Shown: positions 37,343-52,550, numbered from the stretch's first letter. The stretch is 64,000 nt of DNA from Octopus bimaculoides (GCF_001194135.2 NC_068984.1:42114701-42178700); one strand, 5' to 3'. Program-made: numbers and translations. The notes: generated by a model from the letters alone, not told the origin.

Positions 37343-39705
37343 NNNNNNNNNNNNNNNNNNNNNNNNNNNNNNNNNNNNNNNNNNNNNNNNNNNNNNNNNN
37401 NNNNNNNNNNNNNNNNNNNNNNNNNNNNNNNNNNNNNNNNNNNNNNNNNNNNNNNNNNTACATGTATAATCATAAATATATAGGGATTGACAGTAACCTG
37501 CTTCTCCAACATACTGAGAATTCAGAAATAGCAGTCAAAGAACTACTGATTTCAAAACTACAAATTATTACTCCAGATTGATAGCGATATTTTTGATACA
37601 CAGAACAAAAAACAGTAGAGAAGAGTAAAAAAACACTTGCCTTAGGTTTTTTCATACTGAGCTACCCGGCAAAATTGTTAATTATTAATTTTATTACTAA
37701 TTGACGATTCCCTGCCCTGCATATCTATACATACATGTATGTATATTATGGTTAAAAGAGTAAAGACCCCCTTCAGTCATGAATGATCATGGGATTGCAC
37801 TGAGAATCCTTCCCCTCCGAGGCATAAGTCTAGGCAAGCATGTTTATGAATGACTGACAGTCGCCCATGCATATCAGCCTCCCCTCTGCACATCACCGAT
37901 GTTATCCAAAGGTAAGGCAAAGGCCAATACAGCTTGGCACCAGTGACGTCGCAACTCATTTCTATGGCTGAGTGAACTGAAGCAATGTGAAATAAAGTTT
38001 TATGCACAAGAACACAACAGACAGTCCAGTGTAGGAATTGAACTCACTACCTCATGATTGTGAGTCCAACACTCTAACCACTGAGCCATGTGCCTTCACA
38101 AACACACACACACACACAGACACACACGTGTGTGTGTGTATATATATATATATATATGTGTGTGCGTGTATATAAGATTTATATTTTGTGTCATTAATGG
38201 TACAATAGATTATGGCTAAAGAAAAAACATATTGAATTAATAAGTATTTCTAAATATAATAGGTTTGTTTTCTTTTTATAAATTTAATCCTTTTCTTTTA
38301 GATGTCTTGTCTGAAATCTTATATATTTACCTAAATAGTAGAGCAGGTCTGTCGAGTTTTTGCAAATATTTTTCTTCAAAGAGGCTAATTGGTAGAGTCA
38401 TTAGACCATTGGCCAGAATGCTTCAGGGTATTTGTTCCAATCCTTTATGCTTTGAGTTCAAATGTTGCCAGGGACAGCTTTGCTTTTCATCCTTTCACTG
38501 TTGATAAAAGAGTACCATTAAGAATTGATGCTTTGTGGTATTAATTCTGGCACTTTGGGTTTGAAGTTTAAATCTTACCAAGGCCTACTTTGGTGGTTGA
38601 CTTAACCCATATTGTGTTTAATATGCCCAACTAGAACCTTGAGTGCCTTTAGCAGAGTCCACTCTATTGCAAACACTTGGGCCAAGCTTTCAATTTGAAG
38701 ATACCGCTTTCCTTTCTTTCCACAAGTCTCAGACGCCTTATGAAAGGTTGCAGATATTGTTTGTTTATTAAAATAACTATTAATCTAGTGTTTGGAACAT
38801 AATTTAGCATGAAATATTTATAGGTTTTAATTTAAATCACTTTAACCCTGTAACATTCAGATTACTCTGTTAAATGTAATGCTTATTTATTCTTGTTGTT
38901 TTGAATTTATCCTGCATTATCTTGTAGCCTTGAGATTTTGATTATGTGGCTGTATATTTTTTAGACTAAAATTGTAGGGTAAGTGTGAGAGGTTGGATCC
39001 GGCAGTTTGAGTATAAAACGGAAACTATTTTGGCCTGATATGGCCGACTTAAATGCTAAAAGGTTAAAACAGGGAATTTGTCTCATTGAACTAAGGGCTG
39101 TTTCAGGTTGGTTGATATTGAAAGAGTTAATGAACATAATTTTCAAAGGATGGTTAGAATTAATAATCAAAACTAGATTATGGATTATGCTAACTCTATG
39201 GATGAGATCTGTATATTTGAAACTGAAGTATTGTATATTATGTCATTTTTACTGAATTTTGTCAACTGTTTTGATAATTTACTTTCAAGTTCGGTGCCAA
39301 ATCTATTTGGGTTGGCTGAATAACCCAGTATATCATCCAGGACTGAGTGCTTTTTAGCCTTATTTCTTGCATCTGTAACCTTTTGAAACACAGCTGTCTC
39401 GCTCATAGCTATCTTAATTATTCTTAGACTTTATGAAGTTAAGGCCATTACTATGAGTGTGTGTATGTGTGCATGTGTGTGTGAATGTGTGTAAGCAAAT
39501 TTTGGTGGGTGTATGTTAGTATAGGATGAGGTGGGTAATTCTTTGGTGAAATAATAGTTGTGTGTTTATTTATATATATGTGTCTGTGTTTTCATGTGTG
39601 TGTTAGCATATGTGTGTGAGATGTAGTAATGTGGAGTAGGGTAGTAATGAGGTAATAGTAATGTATGAATGCATGTCTGTGCAATGCTGCCTGTGCGTGT
39701 GTGTG

Positions 39706-39740
<35 letters not shown>

Positions 39741-39828
39741 GCACAGGCTTGCTCGAGTATGTTTGTTGATGTGTGTTTCTGTATTGAAGTATTAATATCC
39801 TACTGTGAAGATGGTGATGATGGGTTAC

Positions 39829-39924
<96 letters not shown>

Positions 39925-41084
39925 ATAATAATAATAAATTCTTGTTTTATTGGCCACAAGGGTTAATATAAATCAAAAACATGTAAGGACAAAGGCAGGA
40001 TGAAAAGTACAAAGGGTTTTATCCGAAAATAATTCTTTCTACTATTATCAAAGGTCTGAAATTTTGGGGAAAGGGTGTAGTCAATTGCATTGATGCTAGT
40101 ACTTGACTGGTACTTTATTTTATCAACCCCACAAAGATGAAAGGCAAAGTTGACCTTGGTCAGATTTGAACTTGGAATGCAAAGAGCTGGAGCAAATGCA
40201 TTTTTCTGATGTCCTTGCAATTCTGCCAACTTACTTTTGTAGTAGTAATAATAATAATAATAATAATAATAATGATAATCCTTTCTACTATTGACATAAA
40301 GCCTGAAATTTTGGCGGAGGGAGATAGCTGATTACATCAACCTCAGTGCTTGACTGGTACTTATTTTATCGACCCTGAAAGGATGAAAGGCAAAGTCGAC
40401 CTCAGCAGAATTTGAACTCAGAACGTAAAGATTGATGAAATGCCACTAAGCATTCTGCCTGCTGTGCCAATGATTCTGTCAGCTCATTACTTTAGTAATA
40501 ATAATGTTTCTACTATAGGCACATGACCTGAAATTTTGAGGGAGGGGGCTAAATGATCACACTGGTACTTATTTTATCAACCCTAAAAGAACGAAAGGCA
40601 AAGTCGACCTTGGTGGAATTTGACCTCAGAATATAAAAATGGATAAAATGCTGCTAAGCTTTTTGCCTGCTGTGCCAATGATTCTGCCAGCTTTCTGCCT
40701 TAGTAATAATAATAATCGTTTCCACTGTAGGCAGAAAGCCTGAAATTTTGAGGGAGGTGGCTAAATGATTACATCGGCCCCAGTACTTAACTGGTACTTT
40801 TTTTATGGACCCGAACTCAGAATGTAAAGACAGATAATAAATGTATTTGTTTAAAGTGTATTTTGTGAAGATGAATTGCTTACCAGCATTTAAACAAATG
40901 TGTGTACCAGCTAGTGTTCCTCTGTATTAGTGAAATATTAGTGGAGTCTGTATTTTACTTTCTTAGTGTATTTGTGTTTTAGCACTTTAATGGTAATGCT
41001 GATGGGGATAGTGGAGTTGATAGCCTCTTAATGTGATAATGGTATTTGTCTGTGTATTTTGTATGATTTTGTGTCTTTTTTGGT

Positions 41085-41122
<38 letters not shown>

Positions 41123-44100
41123 TATAAAGTTATCATACTTGTATTATTGTTTGTAGTAGTGTGAGTGTGTTCATAGTATTTTGTATGTGTGTGTACAGTA
41201 GTACATAAATGTATTTGTAATGGTGGTAGTGGAGGGGTAGCAGTACTTTGTGATAATAATGTTATGTGTGTTTAAATACATGCTAGCAATGTGGACAGTA
41301 TGTGTGGGTTACACCAAATTTTAAGTAAATGACATTTGTGTATGTGTGTATATGTGTGAATGTGAGTGGGAGGTACAGAGATTAAGAAGCTATTTTTATT
41401 TCTTTTTCTTCTTTTTTTTTTGCCATTTTGATAAAAATTCCTTCTTAGCTGGATGGGCAGTTTTCTGTGTAATAGATATTGTAATTCTTGTTTGTGTAAA
41501 ATCAGTCCAACAGAGTATGACTATTTAATAGTCACTGATGTTGCTTTAACCAACGAAATACCCCCTCCATTCATCCATAATAGAAGTCTTTTTTTTTTTA
41601 CATGTTATTATTTATTTGGATTGGCAGAATCGTTAGAGCGTTGGACAAAATGTCTTGTGGTATTTGTTCCAGCTTTTTGCCTTCTGAGTTTAAACTTCGC
41701 CAAAGTTAACTTTGCCTTCCATCCTTCCAAGGTCAATAAAATAAAGTACAAGTTAAGTACTGGGATCATTTTAATTGACTAACTCCCCCCCCCTCAAAAA
41801 AAGGAAAGAAAAACGAAAAATATTGGCCATGTGCCAATGCAAGAAGTTATCATTAATTACTGGCTTTGATTCAGTCAACTAACCCTCACTCCATATTTGT
41901 GGCTTTGTGTCTAATCAAGGGATCCTTATTATTTTTATCATTTTGCAAGGTTATACAAGAAATAACTGTGTGGCAAAGATATCATCTTTATGCTCATGAG
42001 TTGTAAGTTCAAATCCACTGCTGGTATTTCATTGACTATTTGTGATGCTGATAGTGAGTCTTTATTCCACCTGCCCTCACTTCATCTAGGCTGTTTAGAA
42101 GAGCTATTAGAACTTCTTTGAAATATAACAACATCCTATTCAGGATGTTGAGATGTTTGTATCTTCTCCAGTTGTCTCAGAATACATAGACAAGGACAAT
42201 CATTGATACTACGGAATGGAGTGGATGGTGGTGGTGGTGGTGGTGGGGCTTTCAAGTTTTTCGTGCAGTGGCTCATGAAACTTGTTTTGTTTAGTACCAG
42301 GACAATTCAAGTTGAAGTGACCCATAATAAAAAGCATTCCAACCATGAACAAGGTGCAGGAGTGGCTATCTGGTAAGTAACTTGCTTACCAACCATATGG
42401 TTCTGGGCTCAGTCCCACTTGGGCAAGTGTCTTCTGCTATAGCCTCAAGCCAACCAAAGCCTTGTGAGTGGGTTTGGTAGATGGAAACTGAAAGAAGCCC
42501 GTCGTGTGTGTGTGTGTTTGTGTATCTGTGTTTGTTCCCCGCCACCATCACTTGACAACTGATGCTGGTGTGTTTATGTCCCCATAACTTAGCTGTTCAG
42601 CAAAAGAGACTGATAGAATAAGTACTAGGCTTACAAAGAATAAGTCCTGCAGTCGATTTGTTTAACTAAAAGGTGGTACTCCAGCATGGCCACTGTCAAA
42701 TGACTGAAATAAAAGAATAAAAGAATATCACCTTTCTTTCAGACACTGTGTAGCTACGACAACATTATCTGATATTACCTTTCTTTTTTTAAGATGATAG
42801 AATTTAATTTCAGTGTAATTTGGCCTCTATTTTTAGCTGATTAAGCACCATGTGAAGGATGCTCTTGTTGGTTTATCATGAAGCTGTTATTTCACTTTCT
42901 TTATTTTTTTATATAATGTTGATGTCCTTGTTCTCATAGTCAGATCACTTCCAGAACTAGAGAAGAAATTTCAGGTGTGGAAGCAAGGTCTAAAATCAAA
43001 TGGCCTTAGAATTAATCTAGCAAAAGCCAAAGTTTTAGTAAGTAGGAAAGCAGACAATTCACATATCCCTTCAAGTAGATGCCTCTGTTTGATCTGTAGA
43101 AAAGGCATAAGTAGAAACTCCATAAGATGTACCCTTGCTATGGACACATAAGAGGTGCAGCAATATCAGAAGGTTAACAGGGAAAATAGTCTTTTTGCAT
43201 AGCAGACGTACAGGTACAATAAACACTAGAATTGTACAGAAAATGGACTTCATCAAATGCCAGTGGGGAAAACTAGTAGTTGATAGCTTCCATTACCTAA
43301 GTGACAAAGTCAGTAGTGGAAGTGGATGCTCCAAGAGTGTAGCTATGAGAATAAGAATAGGCTGGACAAAGTTCAGAGAGCTTCTACCTCTGTTGGTAAC
43401 AAAGGGTCTCTCCCTCAGAATAGAAGGCAGACTGTAAGATGCCTGTGCACGAATAGCTGTGCACCACAGCAATGAAACATGGGCTGTGACTGCAAAGGAC
43501 ACGCGATGGCTTGAAAGAAATTAAGCCAGCATGCTTTGATAGATGTGCAATGTCAGTGTGCCTGTATGACAGAGCATAAATGTCTTGAGAGAAAAACTGG
43601 GCATAAGAAGCATCAGATTTGGTGTGCAAGGGAGACAAATATGGTCATGTGATGCCTGTGGACAAGGACAGCTGCATAAAGAAATGCCGAGCTCTACCTG
43701 TGAAGGGAACCTGTGGAAGAGGAAGACAATGGGATGAGGTGGTGAAGCATGATATTCAAATGTTGGGCCTAATGCAGGTGATGACCAGTGACCAAGACCT
43801 TTGGCGATATGCTGTGTTTGAGAAGACTCATCAAGCAAGTGAAATCATAGTCATGGCTGTTACCAGTGTCATGTATATAGCACCTGTGAAATCGTAATTG
43901 TGGCTGTTGCTGGTAGCATGATCATTGAATGTCGGGCCTCATGGAGGCGATAACAAGTGACCTAGACCTTTCACGATATGCTGTGCCTGAGAAGACACAT
44001 CAAACCAAATGAAGTCATAGTTGTGACTGTTGCCGGTGTCATGTAATATCACCTGTGGAATCATAATCATGACTGTTGCTGGTGTCATGTAAGTGGCACC

Positions 44101-47100
44101 CACGCTGTTACTCATAAAAAAACACCCAGTACATTCTCAGCGTGGTTGGCATTAAGAAGGGCATCCAACCATAGAAACCATGCCAAATCAGATTGGAACC
44201 TGGTGCAGCTCTCCAGTCAAACTAGCTAACCCATGTCAGCATGGAAAGCAGACATTAAACGATAATGATGATGATGATGATGATTTGACATCACTCTGTA
44301 AAATGGTTGGCATTAGGAAGGGCATCCAGCCTTAGAAATAATGCCAGAAAAGACATATGGAGCTTGATGTGGCCCATGGAGAGATATTACTTTATTTAGA
44401 AACAGGTGAGGGTTGGCAACACGAATGGCTTCAGGTTTTAAAAATCTACCTCAACAAATTCCATCTGACTCATGGAAAAGTGGGCATTAAAATGGTAATG
44501 ATGATTTCCATTATGGGCTTCCATACAGTTTCTGACTACCATCCAATATGATTATGTACTCATGCTTTAGCTTTGTTTCATTCTTTTACTTTTGTTCAGT
44601 TCACTTTTATTTTATTTACACAGTCAAGCTGACTTTGTAGGTTGGCAGGGCATAATGTATAGTTTAAATCAGTATAAAATCTCTAGATTTCTTTTTCCGG
44701 TTTAACCCTTTGTAGCTTGGAAATATGAGACAAAATGACAAGGAAGCAGTGTTTGTTAACTGCAAAATCACTGTTAATTTCACTAATGCACATAGACCTG
44801 TATGTTATAAAACCCAGCATACATTGAGTGCATGTGTTTCATTTTTGTTCACGTGCACCAAAAAGAGTGGGAAAAAAATTCAACGGAAAACGGAAGTGAT
44901 ATAATTGACCATAACTGTATCATATTCCTCAGTAAAGAAAAGAGAAGGCTGAAAAGAAGAAGAAAAAAAAAATAACTTTGCAAATTTTTAATTAATCTGT
45001 TATATTTTTACTTCATTCACACCACCTAACAGCATGGGGTTAATTGCAGGTTAAGGTTGAGTTAGAGCTCTTATTTTATTTCACACTATTAATCTCTGGA
45101 TGTGATCATTGCATTTGGCTGAGTAAATTGTATATTAACAGTTACCAAGCTGTAGTAATTAACACTATTTTTCCCATATGGTTGCAAAAGGCCCTATTTA
45201 TTTATGATTAATGTGTTTTATTGGACTCTAATATCCAAACAAGTTGTATCTGGCATTGAGGTACCAGAGCATCAGTCAAATATAATAGGATTATTAGTGT
45301 ACTTAATCATTATTTTACCCATTATTATCTACATTGAATATAGAACATTTTCTGTTTTGAAAAACATCCTTATCAATTTTATCTCACAAATGGATGAATT
45401 ATATGTTTGTATGAGGAGCTGTCATCCTTTATATGTATGTATTAGAGTGCTACCCATCGCATGATGAATAACTTTGGAAGTATTTTTATGCCACCATGGG
45501 TAATATCAGGAAATATGGCATGCATACAATACTTAACTATTGAATTTCTTAGTGCTTATACAAAATGATGAAATGTATACTAATTTTCAAAGCAAAAATA
45601 TCTATTACCTTAAAAATTGAAGTTAAATAAAACAAATTTCTCATTTGTATAACTTGTCCCATAACTAATCTGTCATTTACTGCTTCTCCTCCTCTTCCTC
45701 TGTCTCTGATTCTTTCTCTCTCATTATGTGTGTGGTACTCTTTTTTTCTTTGTCTGTCGCTAAGCTTTATATGTGCACTCATCTTACACCTTTTATAGTA
45801 ACTCTCTTCCCGTCTATTCATTACTCTTTTCCACCACCTCTCTATATGATGTAAAAGCATGGCTGGAGAAACCAACAAACCCGCCGACCAACATTTATAT
45901 CAGCTATTATTATGTAAAGATCACTTATATTACTAATGCATTTTGAAAGTGACTTAACACTCATTTTAATCTCTTATATTAAAGCAAATAATAATATCCT
46001 ATTTTAGTATTTTAGTTTGAGGTTGTAGTCATTTCACTTCACTTACATTGCTAATACTCTTTGGAAAATCATCATTCGCATGTTTTCCTATCTGCCTTCT
46101 CTAAATACCTAAAGCTGTATGAGTATGTAAGAAGTAAAATGTACTTTGCTTATTTAAAACAACATAACTCAGTATCAGTGTAAAAAAAAAAAATGCTCTC
46201 CTGTTAGGTTTTAGAAGTGCCAGCTGTTTAGTTTCCTATTTAAGTATGTTTTCTTATGTATATATGTGTTTTTTGTGGGAATATATCAGTATATGTTTAT
46301 ATATGTGTATATACATATATTTGTCTATGTACGTGTATGTATTTTATTTTTTCTGTTGTTTTTCTTTTGGTCTGTACATATGTGTGTATGTATGTGCTTG
46401 TACACATGTGTGTGAGAGCAAGTAAGAAAATTAGTGATGAATACACTCTGGCTGTTATCAATCACTGCCTTGTTACATTATAGATGATTCCAGAAAGACC
46501 AAAGCTCAGAGATTACACCCTGAAAAGAAACTGTGGTAATAAACTTTTAAGAGTTGATATGCAGTATTTTCCATTATCTTTAGTCTATCTTGCCACAGAG
46601 ATGATCAGCCTGAGCCCATCTTTGTTCTTTAGTGCTGTTTTTTTCTCCTGCAGCTAGACTTTTGCTCTCTTCTGCAGCCCCAAGTAGCTTCTTCAACTTA
46701 TAGTTCTTAATGTCTCTTTCCAGATGCTATCTTATTGCCTTGCAGAGAACAAAACACTGCTTTTATATAATTAAAAAAAAGAATAAATCTCCTGGTCTTG
46801 ACCCTATTCCCACAGAGATCTTGAAGGGGGAAAAATATTTCTATACATGAACATATCATTGTTGCATTGCAGAAGCACAGAGCTAGGAGTATATAGCTTA
46901 ACATTGGGAGGATTCTAAATCATTATCATCTACAAAAACAAAGGAAATGAATGAACTGATTCTTTCTTCTTTTTTTTTTTTTGGAATGGTTCAATTTGAA
47001 GTTTCTTTATTCTTATAATGTCAAAGGAGATAAGTGTATTTGCTCTAATAGTAAGGCTATTGTACTCTTGTGTCTTCCTGAGAAGTTCATATCCTAGTTT

Positions 47101-50100
47101 GGTCGAATCAATATCAGAAATCATTGCACCAGAGTCAGAATGCAGTTTCTGTTAAAAAAAGATAATTGTTATTATCTTTATTACAAGGCAGCTCTAGGAG
47201 AAATGCAGAGAGTGACATCAGGACACACTCATTGCATTTCTGGATCTACTAATAGCTTTTCATCTAGTAACTTTGAAATTATTTCTGACTCTGACTCCAG
47301 TTTTACTTTGTAAGTGTTGCGATTATTTATGCCTGATCACCAATCTTGTACATAATACTACCAGATTAGTGGTTGGGCGTAAATAGCTAGACTACCAGAG
47401 ACAACTTCTTCAATGAGTGGTACACTAAAATATATCCAGTCCATATAAGAAAATGGTTGCTTTAAAAATAGAAAGAAAAGAAAGTAACAGAGTTGACTGG
47501 TTATCTTATGAGGGACTACAACTAATGACAAGACACCGTGAAATCCTTCCAACCCATGCCAGCATTGAAAAACGGAGATGAAATGATGATAATGATGATG
47601 TAAATCAATGTCTGATTTTTAAAATTTTCCACTAAATGCTTGAAAGTGTTTCTTTTTCTTTGTTATGTTTGTCTGTGTCCATTCTAATTAAATATACACA
47701 GATATTTTATTTGAATAACTGTAGCTCTCTAGGTTCATTCTTTCATTTAAGAATTTCAAAAATGTAAATATTTATTTCTAAACTTGTCTGTGATTTGCGA
47801 GATTCTCTCTACTCTGAGATAACATTGAAGAATGTTAGGTTAATAACGAGAACCCAGCTATATGATGTTGAGTTGTAAAGTTATAATTATGCTGATGAAT
47901 ACTTCATACTTACTGTCTTTCTTCCTCTTTCTTTTCCTGTTTGACTATACACACAAATAATATATATGCACAAATATATACTTTGAACAGTCCTAGAGCG
48001 TAAACATATTTGTGTTTGAGTGTATTATATGTTTGCATATGTATTAATGTGTATATTTGTCTGTACTCATGCACACATATATACGCCTACATATATTTGT
48101 GTATGTTTATTTATATGTATGTGAATAGGTACATGTGTACAAATATGCATGTATATGTGTGTATGTATATATGCATAGATATATATACACATATGTATAT
48201 TTAAAGCTATTGCCTTTATATAAAATATTTTTCTTTAAATTTTGACATCTTTTATGCAACTTTGTTTTATAATGAACAGATGTGAATGATTTTTGTGCAA
48301 ATGTATGAGTTTGTGTGCTTTATATGTGTGTATGTGTGTGTGTGGTTGTGCATGTGTTCAAAAAGATGAAAGTAGTATGTAGGTAAGAAATGTATGAGAG
48401 AGGGTGCAGGAAGAACAAAGAAACCAAAATTAAATAATAATAATATTGATGATGATGATGATGATAAAAGCTGATAAAGAATCCCCTCTCCATAAAACCT
48501 AGTCTAGAAATTCTAAAATGATGCTAGAAATTAACAGAATGTGTTGAGATGATAAAGATGTAAACAACTCTGTCTACAAGTTTACTAAGTGTATAAAGTA
48601 TATTTAGCAGTCATGCGGAAATTGTTGTTGTAGGTAGTAATGACGATGGAAGTGGTGGTGGTGGTGGTGGTGGTGGTAGAGGTGGAAGCATCGGTGTTGG
48701 TTTGTTGGTGGTGGTAGTGTTGGTGAGTGTAGATGGGGTACATTATGATGCTGTTTGTAGTATAAGTTGTAGTAGTGCTGGTTGTCATGTTGTTGGTACT
48801 AGTGCTGCTTTTGAAGCTTTTGTAACTAGTAAAACAGGGTTAAGGATTAGTGAGAAGCACCAGTGGGCTGAAGGAAAGAAAGAAAAAAAAAAACATAGCT
48901 TTGAACTTTGGACATTGTTGTGCCTTTTACCTGCTTTGTTATCAGTTGGGCCAAATTCTGCTTCCTTCAAATCAACCAACCACTTAGTCTGCCAACCAGC
49001 CTACCACTACTGCTACTACTACTCAAATGGCCTCTGCCTTTCTGGTCTTTACTACTGTGGACCATCCCTACTTAAATCCATCCATTACATGCATAGCTCT
49101 CCTTTTCTTGTCACCCCTGATATGTCTGTCCAACCTTTACTATGGTAAATTCTTTGTATTGCTTTTTTTTCCTCATAACTGTAACTCTCTTCCTATCTAC
49201 TTGCTTCTAACAACCACCAACATGCAGAATTTAGAAGAAAACCAATAAATCAAATCCGTATTATTAATACATACCTAGCCTCATTGATGTAAGCTACCAT
49301 GCAGCACCACACACTTGATACATTCAAGTGTGTGGATTGAGAAATTCTTTGTTGTTAAATAAAGGTTCAGCTCCTTGAAATGCTGTTTCTTTTTTACAGA
49401 AACTACTATACTTCTGCTACAACTACATCTGACATTAACTGTTGTTATTAGCTCCTTATCAGCCTTTGTCAAGCAAACTTATTGTCAGAGACATCCCACT
49501 CTCCAGTCTGAGAGAGCCTGAAAAGCTTTAGGCACCTGAAAGTACTTTTTCTGGGTTAGTTTGCTGTGATACTAATCATAACTTAGAGTAATTTCTTGAT
49601 GCATTTTTCAAATAAGGAATGTAAGCTGTATTTAGGAACTTTATTGGAGTTATATTGGTATTGTAAAGACCTTGTCTTTTCTATGAGTATTTGTCTTTTC
49701 TATGAGTATTTTCTACGAGTATGTCCACTCAACTTATGTTGAGTGGAATGATTTCAGCTGAGCACCTAAAGCAGGATTGAATGCTGTTCAGAATGGGAAA
49801 TTAATTGGAAACTGTCACTTTCCAGTCTAATATTTTTTAAACATCTCCACTACCATATAAAGTATTAATTATATATAAATTCTTTATTAATGATGTGTCT
49901 CTATATGATTTCATCTATAAATAATAGCTAATAAAACATTTGGTTAAAAATGCCTGGGATGGAAAAATATGTGGGAAGCTGTATGAATCAAGAAATATGT
50001 AAATAAGTCTTTATTAATGATGCATCTTGAAGAGAATTCAACTAGACTTAATAGTTTCAAATTCATTTGTTTGTGCATTTGCACAAACAATAATTACAAT

Positions 50101-52455
50101 TTGCTTACAGAAAACAATTTGTAAATAATTACATTGTTTTAATTTGATATTAATACAACATGATGATACTTTTGTAATAGGATAACATGGTCATTGTCTG
50201 GGGATATTTTATTGAGGAGCTGCTACTATGATTTTATAATTCTGTTACAGCGTGACAAAGTTGTAATAATGCTGGTGTAACAATATTACACTTGCTACTA
50301 GTATGACTCATCATTTCTACAATATGATAAGTGCTGCTTTAATGTGATGGGGTATCTACAATGTGATAGTGCTAGCATAATTCATTAATACTGCTGTTCT
50401 CTGGAGATAACATTTATTATCCATTCTCATGAACTAAACAGAATAGGAGAATACAAAGAATGGACTAAACAGAACAGGACGATACAGAGAATGGACTAAA
50501 TAGAACAAGCGGATACATGTGGGATAGAAGAGTTGTTGAAGAGGTCACAGATGTGTGATGAAAGGCAATGGACATAAGATAAAATAAGAACAACAATAAA
50601 CAAGTGAAGAGCGAATATATAGTGCATGTGTTTATTTAATATTTATTATGTTATTTATTTTCTTGTAGCTTGTTGACCCTGGTGATGTGCTTGAGCATGG
50701 AGAAGTGCGTGACAGTAACCGTATAACACTACTAGCTTTAATGAAGGAACATGGTTTCAAGACTATTGATCTGGGTATTGCTGAAGACAGGTAATGTCAG
50801 AGATTTTGTTAATAAAGTAATTGTGATGCTGTATTTGGTTGAGGATGCAATCATATTACATTTGATTTGGTTGAGGGTGCAATCATATTACAAAAGTTGT
50901 AAGGTTGATTGGGTGAAAAATAATTATACAACATTGAAATAAAATATTCTGAAACCAGTATTAACGCTTTTACTGTGGAGATCAGATATATATGCTCAAA
51001 ATTTCATAACTATTAACTGCAGTGAGCAGTTTTATATATTAATCTATCCTTCGTTGAGGAATATCATTTTTGAAACTACTTTTTGTTGAGATGTTGTCCA
51101 GTTTATTGAAGCACTGTGACTTGCAGAGGATACCAGTTCTATTTATTTATTAGGTATTTAGCGTCATTACTAGAATAACCATGAAATTTAAGTATTACTC
51201 ACTAAGGATTTCATTAAAAAATCACTATATGTGCACTTAAATGAATTTATTGGTGTTCAAATTTTATCAGGTCACACGTGTTCATTTTTATTGAAAAAAC
51301 CAAAAGCAGACCAATTTTGAATTTCTTAATAATTGAAAACAATGTTGATGTTAGTTCATTTATAAAATAATGTTAATGAAGTGTTTGATGAGTAGTTCTT
51401 AATATTGTTGTCACAACATTTCTTTCAAACTGTAGTTTCAAAGCCATTCCACTTGAATTTTGGTCTAAATGCTATATAGCTTGATTGTCTGATTGCAATC
51501 TCAACTGAAAAATCTACTGTTTGATTTCTTTGAGGATTTTATAAACTGCTTATATGACTAACTAGACTTAGCAAATAATTACTTACTGCCATCTACATAA
51601 GTGGTCTCAGGGGGTTTCTAAGCAGTTGCACAACCTCTTAGAAATAACTGCCAATTCACCCTCAGATGACATTTTATCATCTTCTCGAAAATATACTTTG
51701 GACAACATATGAAAATACTGGAATGTCTTTGATCATATGTCTGCTTGATTGGGGTTAACGTGTGGCTAAATACCAACAGCAATGCTGGACATAGTTGTAA
51801 TAGAACTATAGAAGTTACAGTACCAAAGGAATAGAATATCAGAGAACTGCTCCTTTGGCAACAAATGGGCTCTCAATCTGTATTCATGACAATTATGTTA
51901 AGAATGTGTCAGAAGTGTGATGTTGCACAGTAGTAAGGCATGGGATGCTGGATGTGGAATATATGCAGAGACAGGAGAGGGAGCAATGTGAAAGGAATAG
52001 GTGATGAGTGAAAAAAGTGCCATGAATTGACAATGGAAGTTATTTGTGAGAAAAGAAGATCAAGAAAGACTTTGGAAAAGTGGTGAGGTCAATATCTCAA
52101 GATATTGGTTGGGCCTGGCACGAAATTAAGAGGATAGTGATATTGTGTACTGTAGACCTATTCCAACCTATTTTAACATGGAAAAACAGATTTTAAAAGG
52201 AAAGGATGATGATGACGATTCATACATTCCTGATTACAGTGCTAGTAATTACACTTCTTTCTAATATTACATTTATTTAATAACAACAAATTATTTCACA
52301 AAGTTGGATAACTGAAAAATATTAGCTGAAATTGCATAAAAAAAATTTGTGGTAACAACAGCAAGAGCTATGTGGCTGCTTAACTATTTGTTTGTCAAAT
52401 AACTCACCCGCACACATGCATGTGTACATGAATGAGCACATTCATTCAATCAGAT

Positions 52456-52550
<95 letters not shown>

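Noticed and set aside
46484-46535. Possible cassette exon [17 protein letters not shown] in the large intron
   Set aside because: 52 nt would frameshift the E domain, and the flanking exons join perfectly without it.
46930-47124. Minus-strand [20 protein letters not shown]... followed by an A-run
   Set aside because: No recognisable domain, TSD or splice structure, so it cannot be supported as a retrocopy or exon.
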